A DNA stretch of 64,000 nucleotides from an uncultured Candidatus Saccharibacteria bacterium (GTDB lineage Bacteria > Patescibacteriota > Minisyncoccia > Phycocordibacterales > Phycocordibacteraceae). Below, piece after piece: positions 37,089 through 47,356 of this stretch (position 1 is the first letter of the stretch; the number at the start of each line of letters is the position of its first letter). The translations under genes were made by a program, and so were the position numbers. The stretch is from positions 363,010 through 427,009 of the forward strand of contig CAZSKX010000001.1 in the NCBI GenBank assembly GCA_964607655.1, given 5' to 3'. Below the pieces are notes generated by a model, which saw only the letters and a program-made list of their open reading frames with translations, ran no database searches and was not told the DNA's origin.

Positions 37089-38275
37089 TGCGCTCCTCCG
37101 AGGCGTTCTTGCACCGCCTCACGCTTCTTCTGATCTCGCAGTTCGACTGCCCTAGCACGAAGACCCCCGTAGCGCGGCACGAAGTCTGGATCGAGAGTCT
37201 CTGCGACCACCTCACGGATGCACGCCTGTACCTCTTCTCTCGGGATCAATCCTCCACTCGATGTCTTAATCGCATCGTACTTGTCTATTGCAGCAACCAG
37301 TTCGTCGACGCTCTGAGTCGCCGCAACGCGACTCTTAAGCGCTTCCTGGTCAGCGTCAACTGATTCCCGCGCGACCTCTTCGATCGGAGCGAGGTTTCCC
37401 TCTGGGGCCTCTGCGGAAGATCCGACCTCGACCACAAGAGCGCTGATATCGTCCATCTTAGAACGCACGTTCTTCTCTTTGCCGACACGCGCCACCTCCT
37501 GCGCCGCTGAAGAAAGTACCCGAGCCAAAGTCTCAGGACTCGCACCCTCAGTAAGTATCTTCTCTATTTCTAAATCGGTAAGGTTGTCGTGGATGCCGTC
37601 AGAGCTGAGCAGCAGCTTGTCGCCTGGCTGGAGATCGATGATGTAGGTCCGCGGTCGTATCGTCGACCCGCCAAGCGCCTGGAGGATCACGTTCCTGTTT
37701 CTAAAAGCTGCCAGTTCAGCTTCTGAAAGTTTGGAAGGATCAGTGAGATTATTAAATTTACTCTGTAAGGTGCGCGCCGCGTCTTCGCTCTCGGCAGCTA
37801 AGAATGCCTGATTGTCGTCAAGCGTAATCTGTTCGAGTCGGCCTTCGCCACCGCGCAGTACATATACCCGACTATCACCAAGATTTGCCACAGCCGCGCG
37901 ATTCCCTTCAGCGAGCTTAACGAGAGAAACCGTAGCCGCCATCCCCTTGAGCTCGCCCGTGGCTTCCTCAAGCACCCTCCTGTTTGCTTCCTCAAGGACT
38001 TTCTTCAGAGCGTCGACCGTCTCCTCGGCCGAGAGACCGGGGGCAATGGTGGCGAGACCCTCCTTCACCGCCTGGCGGGCCAAGCGAGAAGCCTCATTCC
38101 CACCCTTTTGGCCACCGACGCCATCAAAAACGGCAAAAGCATCGTCTAGCTCCAATACCGCGTCTTCGTTGCTCTCGGGGTGTTTATCACTCGGAATGGT
38201 GTCCTTGCCGACTCTAACTTCAAGCCGTGACTCTTGGCCTTCTTTCTTATTCTGCGGTGAATTTTCGTTACTCAT
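37085..38275 (-). CDS. PP2C-family Ser/Thr protein phosphatase with C-terminal extension
   Basis: ED-A..LDD.FAVFDGVGG, NLGDSRVYVLR and SSDGIHDNL metal-binding motifs. Confidence 0.8.
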   Translation of the reverse strand: MSNENSPQNKKEGQESRLEVRVGKDTIPSDKHPESNEDAVLELDDAFAVFDGVGGQKGGNEASRLARQAVKEGLATIAPGLSAEETVDALKKVLEEANRRVLEEATGELKGMAATVSLVKLAEGNRAAVANLGDSRVYVLRGGEGRLEQITLDDNQAFLAAESEDAARTLQSKFNNLTDPSKLSEAELAAFRNRNVILQALGGSTIRPRTYIIDLQPGDKLLLSSDGIHDNLTDLEIEKILTEGASPETLARVLSSAAQEVARVGKEKNVRSKMDDISALVVEVGSSAEAPEGNLAPIEEVARESVDADQEALKSRVAATQSVDELVAAIDKYDAIKTSSGGLIPREEVQACIREVVAETLDPDFVPRYGGLRARAVELRDQKKREAVQERLGGAQ

Positions 38276-38295
38276 GACCCTATGCTAGCACGGCG

Positions 38296-39432
38296 TTAAG
38301 GCCCGGGAGAATAGTAGGTTTTACCCTTCAATTTCTCAGGCAGGAGGTCCTCTTTCGTGTATTTCTCGTAGCCCTCGCCATACTGCAAGTCTTTCATCAG
38401 CTTGGTCGTAGCATTGCGGATCTTGAGCGGCACGGGGAGGTTCCCATGCTCCTTAACGTCTTTCGTCGCCGCGAGGTATGCGTAGTAGGCGGCCTTACTC
38501 TTCGGCGCTTCGCTTAGATACACCACGCCATGCGCGAGATTGATCCCTGCCTCCGGATAGCCGATCGTCTCGACCGCGCGGAAGACCGCGTTTGCGAGAG
38601 GGAGCGCCTGCGGATCCTCCATCCCGATGTCTTCACTCGCGAAGACCACCATCCGCCGCGCGATAAACTTCGGGTCTTCTCCCGCGTCGACCATGCGCGC
38701 TAAGTAATAGAGCGCGGCGTCCGGCTGACTCGCGCGCATACTTTTAATAAACGCGCTGATCGTGTTGTAGTGCTCGTCACCCTTCTTATCGTAGCGGAGA
38801 TGCTTCGACTGGAGAGTGTTCTTTAAATTCTCGATGGTAACCTCGCCGTAGAGCTGCGCGGTATTCTCGAGCATCGCGATCGCCTGCCGTGCGTCGCCCG
38901 CGGCCATCGAGACGAGCCAGGCACGCACCTCTTCGTCGAGTGCGAAACCAGTCCGATCGATAATCGCTTCCATCTCGCTCTCGGAGAGCTCGTTTAAGAC
39001 AAAGACGCGACAGCGCGAGAGGAGCGCGCTGATCACCTCGAAGCTCGGGTTCTCAGTCGTCGCGCCAATCAACGTAAGCTCACCACTCTCGACATACGGC
39101 AATAAGAAATCCTGCTGTGCTTTATTAAATCGGTGTATCTCGTCAAGAAACAACATTTTAGGGCCAAAGAGTCCACCGTCGGTTTCTATAATTTTGCGAA
39201 TGTCATCTTTGCTCGCCGAGACAGCTGAGAGCTCGTAGTACTGCGCGTTCAGCGCTTCAGCGTAGATCTTAGCGAGGGTCGTCTTACCTACTCCGGGCGG
39301 TCCCCACAGAATAAACGAGAAAAGGTGCCCTTTCTCGACGGCGACGCGAAGCGGCATCCCCGGGCCTACTAGATGGCTCTGTCCGACGTATTCCTCTAAG
39401 CTCTTCGGCCTGATCTTGTGGGCCAGGGGCTC
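38296..39432 (-). CDS. rarA: Replication-associated recombination protein A (AAA+)
   Basis: Walker A GPPGVGKTTLA, a Walker B motif and the MgsA-type C-terminal domain. Confidence 0.8.
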   Translation of the reverse strand, partial: EPLAHKIRPKSLEEYVGQSHLVGPGMPLRVAVEKGHLFSFILWGPPGVGKTTLAKIYAEALNAQYYELSAVSASKDDIRKIIETDGGLFGPKMLFLDEIHRFNKAQQDFLLPYVESGELTLIGATTENPSFEVISALLSRCRVFVLNELSESEMEAIIDRTGFALDEEVRAWLVSMAAGDARQAIAMLENTAQLYGEVTIENLKNTLQSKHLRYDKKGDEHYNTISAFIKSMRASQPDAALYYLARMVDAGEDPKFIARRMVVFASEDIGMEDPQALPLANAVFRAVETIGYPEAGINLAHGVVYLSEAPKSKAAYYAYLAATKDVKEHGNLPVPLKIRNATTKLMKDLQYGEGYEKYTKEDLLPEKLKGKTYYSPGP

Positions 39433-39507
39433 CATGCCCCTATTGTACTCCTCGCGCAAGAGCGGGCGAGCTCATGTGAGCTCGCCCGCTCTTACTACTA
39501 CAACCGT

Positions 39508-40248
39508 TTACGGTCGCTTTGCGAAGCCCTCAAGCGCCTTAATCACCTCAACGGGGATCATATATACGACCGTATTGCTCTGGTCTGAAGACATGTCGTT
39601 GACCGACTGGAGAGTGCGCAGATGGAGCGCGCCTGGTGTCGCTGAGAGCATCGCTGCGGCCTTTGCGAGGTTCTCAGATGCCGCGAGCTCGCCCTCAGAA
39701 TTAATAATCACCGCGCGCTTCTCGCGTTCAGCCTCGGCTTGTTTACCGATCGTGCGCTCGAGCTCCGGAGGGAGACTCACATCCTTCAGCTCGACATTCT
39801 GCACTTTGAGCCCCCAAATATCCGTCTCTCGATCGACGGTCTCACGGATCCGGTCGGCGATCTTATCTCGACCCGAAAGCAGCTCGTCGAGGGTCACCTC
39901 GCCGACAATGTTGCGCATCGTGGTCTGGGCATACTGCGAGATCGCATGTTTAAAATCTTCTACTTCGATCACGGCCTTCCCCGCATCGCTCACGCGGTAG
40001 TAGATCACCGCATTCACGCGGACCGACACGTTGTCCCGCGTGATCGCGTTTTGGTCGGGAACATCGACCGCCTTGGTGCGTATATCAACCTTCTGATACG
40101 TCTGAATCACCGGCCAGACCATCCGCCATCCGGGCTCCATAATCGACGAGAATTTACCAAAAGTGAATCTCACTCCGCGCTCGTATTGGTTAATCTGTCG
40201 GATACTCCCAATAATGAGCACGATCACTATAACAACCGTAGCTACCAA
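39508..40248 (-). CDS. SPFH/Band-7 (stomatin/HflC-like) membrane protein
   Basis: N-terminal TM followed by a band-7 domain (VDIRTKAVDVPDQNAITRDNVSVRV). Confidence 0.75.
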   Translation of the reverse strand: MVATVVIVIVLIIGSIRQINQYERGVRFTFGKFSSIMEPGWRMVWPVIQTYQKVDIRTKAVDVPDQNAITRDNVSVRVNAVIYYRVSDAGKAVIEVEDFKHAISQYAQTTMRNIVGEVTLDELLSGRDKIADRIRETVDRETDIWGLKVQNVELKDVSLPPELERTIGKQAEAEREKRAVIINSEGELAASENLAKAAAMLSATPGALHLRTLQSVNDMSSDQSNTVVYMIPVEVIKALEGFAKRP

Positions 40249-40299
40249 GAAATTCCATCATAGGGTTCTCTAAGGCGATTAATGCCCCCAGTGTACCAC

Positions 40300-41529
40300 C
40301 TATTCTCGCGAGAGTTTGTAGACGACGCCTGCGGCGTCGTCGCTGATGTAGGCCACCCCGCCCGGGAAGGTCTTGATGTCGACCGGGCGGCCGAGCTTGG
40401 TCCCCTCCGCGGTCAGCCAGCCAGTGATGAAGTCGTGCGTACCCTGGTAACGGCCCTGCGCGTCGAGCGCGACGCGCACGATCTTGTACCCTACCGGCAC
40501 ACTGCGATTCCACGAGCCGTGGAGCGCGACTAAGGCGTCATACCAGTATTCCTCGGGCCAGCCCTCTTCGGGGACAATGGCGAGGCCGAGCGGCGCCGAG
40601 TGAGCCTGTAGGTCGACAAACGAAGGCGCTTCAAAGGGCTCCATGCAGGGGTTACGGATGTACGTATTTTTATCAAACTCAGTGTCGTGGATATTTTTCC
40701 CATAGCAGACCGGCCAGCCATAGTTCTTACCCTTCTCGATAATGTTTAGCTCATCGGGCGGTGTGTCGTCGCCGAGCCCGTCGCGGCCCATCTCGGTCGC
40801 GAAGACGCGCCCGTCGACGGGGCTCATCTCCATAAACACCGAATTACGCAGCCCCTTCGCATACTCCATCAGTGTGCCTGTCTTGGTGTCGTAGGCCATG
40901 ATCCGCCCGCGCTGCGAGTCGCTCTCGTTGCATACGTTACATGACGAGCCGACCGAGACGAGCAAAATGTTTTCTTGAGGCGAGGGCAAGAAGAGGAGCG
41001 TGCGAGAGGTGTGACGATCGGTCCTGCTCGCCTCGAGGTCGGCGAGCTTGGTGTAGCCGCTCACTGTCCCTGCCTCAGGGTCATAGGTGTAGCGCCCGAG
41101 GCGGCTATGCTCGGCGAGGTAGAGGTAACACGGGAGGCCACGATCATCCTGCGGACAATCGAACGCGAGGCCGTGCGGGTTATCGAGCCCTTCAGCGAGC
41201 GTCGAGCGCTCCTCGGCCGCTCCGTCGCCGTCTCGGTCACGGAGCGTCGTCACCTTACCCTCTTTCATCTGGCTCACGAGCATCCGCCCGGCTGGGTCGA
41301 GCGCGAGGACGCGAGCGCTCGTTACCCCGCTCGCATAGACGGAGATTTTAAAGCCTTTAGGTACGGTGAGTCGTGGCGTGATCGTGTCTTCGGGCGCACT
41401 CTCTACTCCGCCATCCATCCACGGTATCGCCACCGCGCCAATATACTTCTCCTTAACCACCCATAGCGCAGCCACGATCAGCACCAGCACACCGGCAGTA
41501 ATGAGGAGTTTTTTAGTCATGTTCTTCAT
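40300..41529 (-). CDS. PQQ-dependent soluble sugar (glucose/sorbosone) dehydrogenase-like beta-propeller
   Basis: Signal peptide and GxxxG/NYGWP-like propeller blades (KGKNYGWPVCYG). Start set at MKNMTKK because the longer ORF runs into the low-GC island. Confidence 0.6.
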   Translation of the reverse strand: MKNMTKKLLITAGVLVLIVAALWVVKEKYIGAVAIPWMDGGVESAPEDTITPRLTVPKGFKISVYASGVTSARVLALDPAGRMLVSQMKEGKVTTLRDRDGDGAAEERSTLAEGLDNPHGLAFDCPQDDRGLPCYLYLAEHSRLGRYTYDPEAGTVSGYTKLADLEASRTDRHTSRTLLFLPSPQENILLVSVGSSCNVCNESDSQRGRIMAYDTKTGTLMEYAKGLRNSVFMEMSPVDGRVFATEMGRDGLGDDTPPDELNIIEKGKNYGWPVCYGKNIHDTEFDKNTYIRNPCMEPFEAPSFVDLQAHSAPLGLAIVPEEGWPEEYWYDALVALHGSWNRSVPVGYKIVRVALDAQGRYQGTHDFITGWLTAEGTKLGRPVDIKTFPGGVAYISDDAAGVVYKLSRE

Positions 41530-41688
41530 GCTCTGATTGTACTCTATTGTCTTTGAAACGCGCTTCTTTTTCTGTTCTGCGATATAATTACAGAGCAATT
41601 CTATGATTTCTCTCAAATCATCAACTGTAATTTTTTCAAAAGTATTGCTACTTTCAGAACTTTGTTGCTTAATGTCATTGACAACGCA

Positions 41689-41738
41689 ATTCGGTGATGC
41701 GAAAATGCCCTCAACGGGCATTTTCGCATCACCGAATG
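41689..41738. repeat. Perfect 22-bp inverted repeat (attcggtgatgcgaaaatgccc / gggcattttcgcatcaccgaat) with a 6-nt loop
   Basis: Read directly from the sequence; lies in AT-rich DNA at the left edge of the low-GC island and overlaps a TTGACA-17-GAAAAT promoter-like element. Confidence 0.8.
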
Positions 41739-41858
41739 CGATTTCCCCACCTCATTGATTTTTCATAAAAACTCCTATATAATCAACTTTAAGAAGTAAG
41801 ACCTCTCGTGTTGGGGTACCGAATGGCGCCCCGTCAAAACGAGGGGCTTTCTTATTTT

Positions 41859-42488
41859 TTAGGCAAAAAGTGGCTTCTCATCGACAATCTTATCCTTGAT
41901 CAGCTCGTAGTATTGGTAGTCGTTGTGCTCGTATTTCCTGAAAATTGCCCACGAAATAAAGTCGACCGCTTGAAGTGACTTGTTCTCGTGCGAAGCGTGT
42001 AACTCTACTTTGAATACACCGTCTCGGCGATTACTCATTTCTGTACATAAATACGTTACAAAATTTTCCTTCAGCCGCTTCTTGGTGTCCTTCCGGTCGA
42101 TGTAGAGTTCGATCGATTCCTGTACACTCAACGCATCACTCTTATGGAGCCGGTCTAAGAGGATGTTCGCGGTGTAATTATAGAGCACGTTCTTTTGACT
42201 CTGTAGATTCGTATAGACCTTTTCCTTGTTCAAGACAATCGTTTGCACCTTGAGATCCGGGATCTCACTCAACTTCTGTAATAATCTCTTGCGTGTTATC
42301 TCGTCAGCCCCGTACGCATGCAGCTCCCCCAAGCGCTTATGCTTCTTCTTTAGCGTGCGCCAGACCTTCTTGACAGCCCGCTCAAGCGCACGCTCGTCGG
42401 CGACGATAGCAATGGTAAAGAGAAACCATTTGCTCGATCCTTTCTTAAACCCCAAATCCCCGCTCTCATCAAGAAAGACGTAGGCCAT
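41859..42488 (-). CDS. DUF3800-family protein
   Basis: N-terminal MAYVFLDESGD, the hallmark of DUF3800; the ATG overlaps the upstream stop (TAAtATG). Confidence 0.6.
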   Translation of the reverse strand: MAYVFLDESGDLGFKKGSSKWFLFTIAIVADERALERAVKKVWRTLKKKHKRLGELHAYGADEITRKRLLQKLSEIPDLKVQTIVLNKEKVYTNLQSQKNVLYNYTANILLDRLHKSDALSVQESIELYIDRKDTKKRLKENFVTYLCTEMSNRRDGVFKVELHASHENKSLQAVDFISWAIFRKYEHNDYQYYELIKDKIVDEKPLFA

Positions 42489-42489
42489 A

Positions 42490-43653
42490 TTACCGATTCC
42501 CCTTCGCTCGGTTGTGTGTTTTGCAGAGCATTTGACAGTTTGCCGCATCGGTCGCTCCCCCCTTACTCCAAGCAGCCACGTGATCGGCATCCATATCGGA
42601 CAAACTCCAGATCTTCTCCTTGTTGGCGTCATGCCCAATGGCGCACAAGGGACAATTTGATTCACTTTTTTCTTTCGCCGCTGCGGTCTGAGCCTCATAA
42701 ACTGAGCGTTTAGTCGCATCGTCAAACACGCGCACGTCCAACAACTTCGTGTCCACTTCGCCTCCTAATACATACTCGAAGATCCCTCGTCGGTTCTTGA
42801 CGTGCGCGTCTCCATAAAGACGCTGCACCGCGGCAGAAATTACCGCGGGATCGTAAGTTTGCGCATGGTACGTCTTGTACAAACGATTCCATTCCAGCCC
42901 CTTCATTTCGCTTTCGACATCAATGAAAATTGACGACACCCAATCAATGACTTTGTTGAAGTGATTTTTCAACTCAGTGATATCCGAATCCTGACGGTGC
43001 TTACTCATGTAGTTATCGATTGCCCCATCAGACACCCAGTCAAGCGCATGCTCCAGAAAAGCTTGGCGCTTGATATCACCAGAGACGTAGGCACTCCACT
43101 TCTGCACATTCGCATTTTGGCTATTACTAAACTCCTCACGCGCACGAGTCACAAAAGGCCCGGAGTAGACCGCGTTCAAAATCTCCTGCTCGGTTAGCGG
43201 CACACCCGCAATGTTGATCGTCTTGAACCAATCCTTGATCTCTGGCTCTTCGCCCTCGCATATGTAGATGAGCAACTTCGTATTCAAGATCTTCTCGCGC
43301 TGCACATCGGCCATCCCGCTATAGTATTGTTCGTGACCATTCTGGTCCCTTACCGCAAACAAACCGGTCACAAATCGACCAATACTAGTGATACGCTGCT
43401 GACCGTCGAGGACTTCAAACTTTTCGTTGCCCACCTGATTGAAATACATCACTCCGATTGGATAACCTTTCACAATGGAGTCGATTACTGCCACGTCACG
43501 CCTTCCGTCCGCGTATATGTAATTACGTTGGTACTCAGGCTGGATAGTAAGCGTACCTGATAGACCAAACAGACCCTTGCCTTCAAATGCATTGTATTCA
43601 AAACCGGCGACAACGTCGCGAATGGTGATGTCAGTTTTTAGTGCAGTTTTCAT
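42490..43653 (-). CDS. ParB-like/DUF262 nuclease-domain protein with C-terminal HNH endonuclease domain (GmrSD-like architecture)
   Basis: VLDGQQR (DUF262 signature) N-terminally; CPLC...DADHV...N...CKTHN (HNH) C-terminally; translationally coupled to both neighbours. Confidence 0.7.
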   Translation of the reverse strand: MKTALKTDITIRDVVAGFEYNAFEGKGLFGLSGTLTIQPEYQRNYIYADGRRDVAVIDSIVKGYPIGVMYFNQVGNEKFEVLDGQQRITSIGRFVTGLFAVRDQNGHEQYYSGMADVQREKILNTKLLIYICEGEEPEIKDWFKTINIAGVPLTEQEILNAVYSGPFVTRAREEFSNSQNANVQKWSAYVSGDIKRQAFLEHALDWVSDGAIDNYMSKHRQDSDITELKNHFNKVIDWVSSIFIDVESEMKGLEWNRLYKTYHAQTYDPAVISAAVQRLYGDAHVKNRRGIFEYVLGGEVDTKLLDVRVFDDATKRSVYEAQTAAAKEKSESNCPLCAIGHDANKEKIWSLSDMDADHVAAWSKGGATDAANCQMLCKTHNRAKGNR

Positions 43654-43654
43654 A

Positions 43655-44809
43655 TTATTTCTTCTTGTGCTTTATAAAAATTCTCTTGAAGGCCATTTTT
43701 GCAATGCCATTGTCGTAATAGCCTGCAGTTGGGTTGCCTTCCTTATACGCCCCCGTTCCACCTGCTTTATAGTAATCATCGACGAACTTCTTTGTTAGCC
43801 CTGGTGTCCGTTTGAACTCATCACCAACAAGTCCGTTATCGTTTGTGCCCAGGATCTCAAACTGTTCCGGTGAATACTTGTCTAGGAAGCTAATCGGCAC
43901 ACCCATTGCCCCATCGTAATCACTCGGTATGGCATCTGTAAATGGCACCTCGATTGCGTCGTAATTGTCATATTTATCGTAATCGGCCTTGTCTTTCATC
44001 TTTTTGTTAAATCTAAAATTGTCAGAATATGTCATAAGACTAAGCGGTCGGTGACGGCGACCATGATCAAGATTGGTAAACCAGCATGTGTTACCCATTT
44101 TCTGTTCGGACTTATCTGGTCTCACATATGTTTTTGCACCACTCACAACCCCCAACCACACCTTGTTCATCTTTATCAAAGGAAAAATTTCTTTATAAGT
44201 TATGGCATTCATGCTGCCAAGTATCAGAAATTGTTTGTTGTGCTCCATGAGCTGGGCCACATAAGGCCGAAACAGGCTAAATGGAGGATTGGTGACTACA
44301 ATGTCGGACTCTTTAAGCAGCTCGACGCATTCAGGACTTCGAAAGTCGCCATCGCCCTCTAGCGGCGACCACTCGTTATTTTTATTTTCCTTCAATTGCT
44401 GCGAAATATCTTTCAGCGTGAAGGAGCCATCCCCGTCCACATCGCCAACTTCGTTAATGATAAATTTGTTGGCCGTAATCTTCGGTCGGCCTTTGACAGG
44501 CTCGAGTGTCACATCGTCGCCAAATAGCCCGAGCTGAGTATTCGCAACAGGCGAGGGCTTGTAGCTCGTGGTAATAAGCCGCTTTAGACCGAGGCGTTTG
44601 AAATTAAGCACGAAGTAGCGGAAGAAGTTACTCTCGAACGGATCGTCGCAATTGCAGTAGACAATCTTATCCTTAAAAGTGTCGCGGTCGTACTCCAGAT
44701 AGGCCTCAATCTCTTTTTGAATATCGCTGTACTGCGTATAGAACTCGTCATTCTTTGCCTTTTTGGCATTTGTGAGATTGCTGTTCGCCATTACGCCAAA
44801 TAATCCCAC
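43655..44809 (-). CDS. EcoRI-family N6-adenine DNA methyltransferase
   Basis: N-terminal NDEFYTQ...VYCNCDDPF and the catalytic TNPPF (motif IV of m6A MTases); GTG start (an ATG alternative is at 44791). Confidence 0.65.
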   Translation of the reverse strand: MGLFGVMANSNLTNAKKAKNDEFYTQYSDIQKEIEAYLEYDRDTFKDKIVYCNCDDPFESNFFRYFVLNFKRLGLKRLITTSYKPSPVANTQLGLFGDDVTLEPVKGRPKITANKFIINEVGDVDGDGSFTLKDISQQLKENKNNEWSPLEGDGDFRSPECVELLKESDIVVTNPPFSLFRPYVAQLMEHNKQFLILGSMNAITYKEIFPLIKMNKVWLGVVSGAKTYVRPDKSEQKMGNTCWFTNLDHGRRHRPLSLMTYSDNFRFNKKMKDKADYDKYDNYDAIEVPFTDAIPSDYDGAMGVPISFLDKYSPEQFEILGTNDNGLVGDEFKRTPGLTKKFVDDYYKAGGTGAYKEGNPTAGYYDNGIAKMAFKRIFIKHKKK

Positions 44810-44841
44810 ATTTTCTTCATTTTTGGAATGCGCGCAGAGGG

Positions 44842-45687
44842 GTGGCGGGCGCGAGCTATACTAGAGCCATGTCTACGCGCTCTAAGATCGGTATCGGCTT
44901 ATTAGCAGCACTCCTCCTCGCCCTCGGCGGCTACTACGCGCTCTACGAGACCGAGCTCGAGGAGACGGCGCTCGAGGGTCTCTATGGTAGCGAGGAGTGT
45001 ACCGTGGCGGGGATCAACGCCCACGGCGACTTCGTCACGTATGCCTCTGCGTACGACTCGGTAGCTGAAGCGGCGCTTAACGAAGCGCCGTCTGAAGAGA
45101 TCATCGGCGCGATAAACGCCGCCGAGAGGGACGAGAGCATCAAAGGTATCCTGCTCGATATCGACTCGTACGGCGGGATGCCGGTGGCCGGAGAAGAAGT
45201 GGCTAATGCGCTACGCGCGACTAAGAAGCCGACCGTCGCGCTTATCCGCGGCGCGGGCGCCTCGGCCGCGTACTGGGCGGCGAGCGGCGCCGACCACATC
45301 GTCGCCTCTGCCCTCTCAGACGTCGGCAGTATCGGCGCCACCTACTCGTACACCGACGCCGCGAAGTACAACCAGGAGCAGGGCTACACCTTCAACCAGC
45401 TCTCGACGGGTATCTATAAAGATGCGGGTAACCCCGATAAGCCGCTGACCGCTACCGAGCGCGCGCTCGTGATGCGCGATCTCGAGATTATTAAAAATAA
45501 GTTTGTCGCTACTGTCGCCGCTAATCGCGACCTGAGCATCGCCGCAGTCGAGGCGCTCGCCGACGGCTCCACGATGCTCGGCGAGGCCGCGCTTAAGGCG
45601 GGGCTCGTCGACGAGATCGGCAGCTACGAGGAGGCGAAGGCCTACCTCGCGCGCGAGACGGCCGCTCCCGCCGAAGTGTGTTGGTAA
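44842..45687 (+). CDS. sppA: Signal peptide peptidase SppA (S49, 36K type)
   Basis: N-terminal TM, catalytic Ser region GAGASAAYW and Lys region downstream. Confidence 0.75.
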   Translation: MAGASYTRAMSTRSKIGIGLLAALLLALGGYYALYETELEETALEGLYGSEECTVAGINAHGDFVTYASAYDSVAEAALNEAPSEEIIGAINAAERDESIKGILLDIDSYGGMPVAGEEVANALRATKKPTVALIRGAGASAAYWAASGADHIVASALSDVGSIGATYSYTDAAKYNQEQGYTFNQLSTGIYKDAGNPDKPLTATERALVMRDLEIIKNKFVATVAANRDLSIAAVEALADGSTMLGEAALKAGLVDEIGSYEEAKAYLARETAAPAEVCW

Positions 45688-45697
45688 TGGCCGCGCG

Positions 45698-46012
45698 CTA
45701 CTGCGCCGGATACCACTTGTAGGCCGGCTGCGCGAAGGCTGAGTTCTCTGCCTGCTTGTCTACGACAAACTCCTCGCCGCGTGCCTTCTTATCTGCGTCG
45801 CTCGAGTTCACTTCGAGACGCTTCTCCCAGTAGTCGCCGTTTGACGCTTGGATCTCGAGCTCCTCGGCGACCGTGTGGTGCGACGGCGCCCATATCCACT
45901 CCACACCATCGCTGTCGACACGCTTCTCGCCCGGTACGGGCGGCGTTGGATCCATCAGATCGCGCAAAGGACCTCGCTCTCCCGGCGCTGATGCTTCTAT
46001 TCCTTCATGCAT
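45698..46012 (-). CDS. Hypothetical protein
   Basis: 104-aa ORF with no motif. Confidence 0.3.
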   Translation of the reverse strand: MHEGIEASAPGERGPLRDLMDPTPPVPGEKRVDSDGVEWIWAPSHHTVAEELEIQASNGDYWEKRLEVNSSDADKKARGEEFVVDKQAENSAFAQPAYKWYPAQ

Positions 46013-46040
46013 AGGTTTACTCGAGTGATACTCGCGAACC

Positions 46041-46445
46041 CTAACCCTTCGGCCCTGCTTCGAGGCGGAGCGCTAGGCCCGTCGCGTCGGTGCGGTAGAC
46101 ATAACCCGCGCCATTCACCTCGAGATCTACCTGATAGCCCTCGACAAGCGCCGCGAGACAAGACTCTTCTGCGCCGCCGAGCCCGAGGCAGCCGTCGCTC
46201 CAGCTCTTAGGCTCCACCTTCGTTACCACGATACGCTCCAGAGATACGCCGAGCTTCGCGGCGAGGTCAGCGCGTGCCGCAGCTGCGGCCTCGTTTACCG
46301 TCACTCCCTGGACCGCGCCTTCAGGTGTGGTGCTAGTCGCCATCGTGTCGCCCTGCGGTGCGAGTGTTTCTGACGCCGACCACCAGTACGCACCGAGTAG
46401 GATCACGACTACCAGAACAACGCCCGCGATGATTTTATTTTGCAT
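46041..46445 (-). CDS. Hypothetical secreted protein (signal anchor)
   Basis: N-terminal hydrophobic segment; 134 aa. Confidence 0.35.
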   Translation of the reverse strand: MQNKIIAGVVLVVVILLGAYWWSASETLAPQGDTMATSTTPEGAVQGVTVNEAAAAARADLAAKLGVSLERIVVTKVEPKSWSDGCLGLGGAEESCLAALVEGYQVDLEVNGAGYVYRTDATGLALRLEAGPKG

Positions 46446-46475
46446 ACGATGGGATAGTTACGTTGAAATAAATGA

Positions 46476-46856
46476 TTAGGCGCTCGCCTCTACCGAGAAG
46501 CCTCCGTAGCTCATGCGCGTCATGTCGAAGGGCATATCCTTCTCGCTCATGCCCTCATACTTCTTCTCCATGAAGGCGATCACTTTCTTGTTAACCTGGT
46601 CGCGATGCTTCTTATTCTTAAATTCAATATATGAGAACCAGACCGTATCGCTCGGCTTCGCGCCCGTGAGCTTAGGGAATGTGCGCTCGATCCACTGCGG
46701 CTTCGGGTCTTCGAGCATGCACTCGCGATAGCTGAGCGCTCCGTGCTCCTTCCAGGCCTTCGCTGCCTCCTTCGCCATCTTCTTATACGCGACGACACTC
46801 TTCTTAGGGACAAGGAGCACAAATCCATCGACGTACTTCGCTGGTTGGGTAGTCAT
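46476..46856 (-). CDS. DUF1428-family protein
   Basis: YVDGFVLLVPKK...AWKEHGALSYRECM pattern typical of DUF1428. Confidence 0.5.
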   Translation of the reverse strand: MTTQPAKYVDGFVLLVPKKSVVAYKKMAKEAAKAWKEHGALSYRECMLEDPKPQWIERTFPKLTGAKPSDTVWFSYIEFKNKKHRDQVNKKVIAFMEKKYEGMSEKDMPFDMTRMSYGGFSVEASA

Positions 46857-46903
46857 ATCCTTAGATGGTACCACGCACGAATATGAAGTCTCGATGGAGC
46901 GCG

Positions 46904-47356
46904 CTAACGCGCTAGCAGGTAGTAGACCAGGAGAGCGAGGCCGCCCCACCAGCCGAGGTCTGAGAAGATGAGCCCGACCGCGATCTTACGCTGCCAAGAG
47001 GCCGGCAGGAGCTCGCCGGAGCGCCCTTCCCGCTCGCGCGCGAGGAGAAACGGGCTCACGCGGAAGGAGAGGAAGAGCCCGTTCAAGACGAGCACGACGG
47101 CGATAAGCGCGTGCGCGAGCGGGACGCCCGCGAGCGCCTCAGCGCGATAGAAGATCGCCCCGCCGACGACTGCGAGCGAGATCCCGAGCCAGATCAGGGG
47201 TTTGGTCACCTTGTGCGTGCGCGTCGTGGCCTCGGTCCAATAGCTCGAGCGGCGGCCGAGGAAGCCGTGGATATCGATCACCGTCACCGCCCCGAGCCCG
47301 ATGATGAATCCCGCGAGGAGAAGGAAAAGCCCGACGAAGTCGAGAAGGTTAGGCAT
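46904..47356 (-). CDS. Hypothetical membrane protein
   Basis: 150 aa with four hydrophobic helices. Confidence 0.35.
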   Translation of the reverse strand: MPNLLDFVGLFLLLAGFIIGLGAVTVIDIHGFLGRRSSYWTEATTRTHKVTKPLIWLGISLAVVGGAIFYRAEALAGVPLAHALIAVVLVLNGLFLSFRVSPFLLAREREGRSGELLPASWQRKIAVGLIFSDLGWWGGLALLVYYLLAR

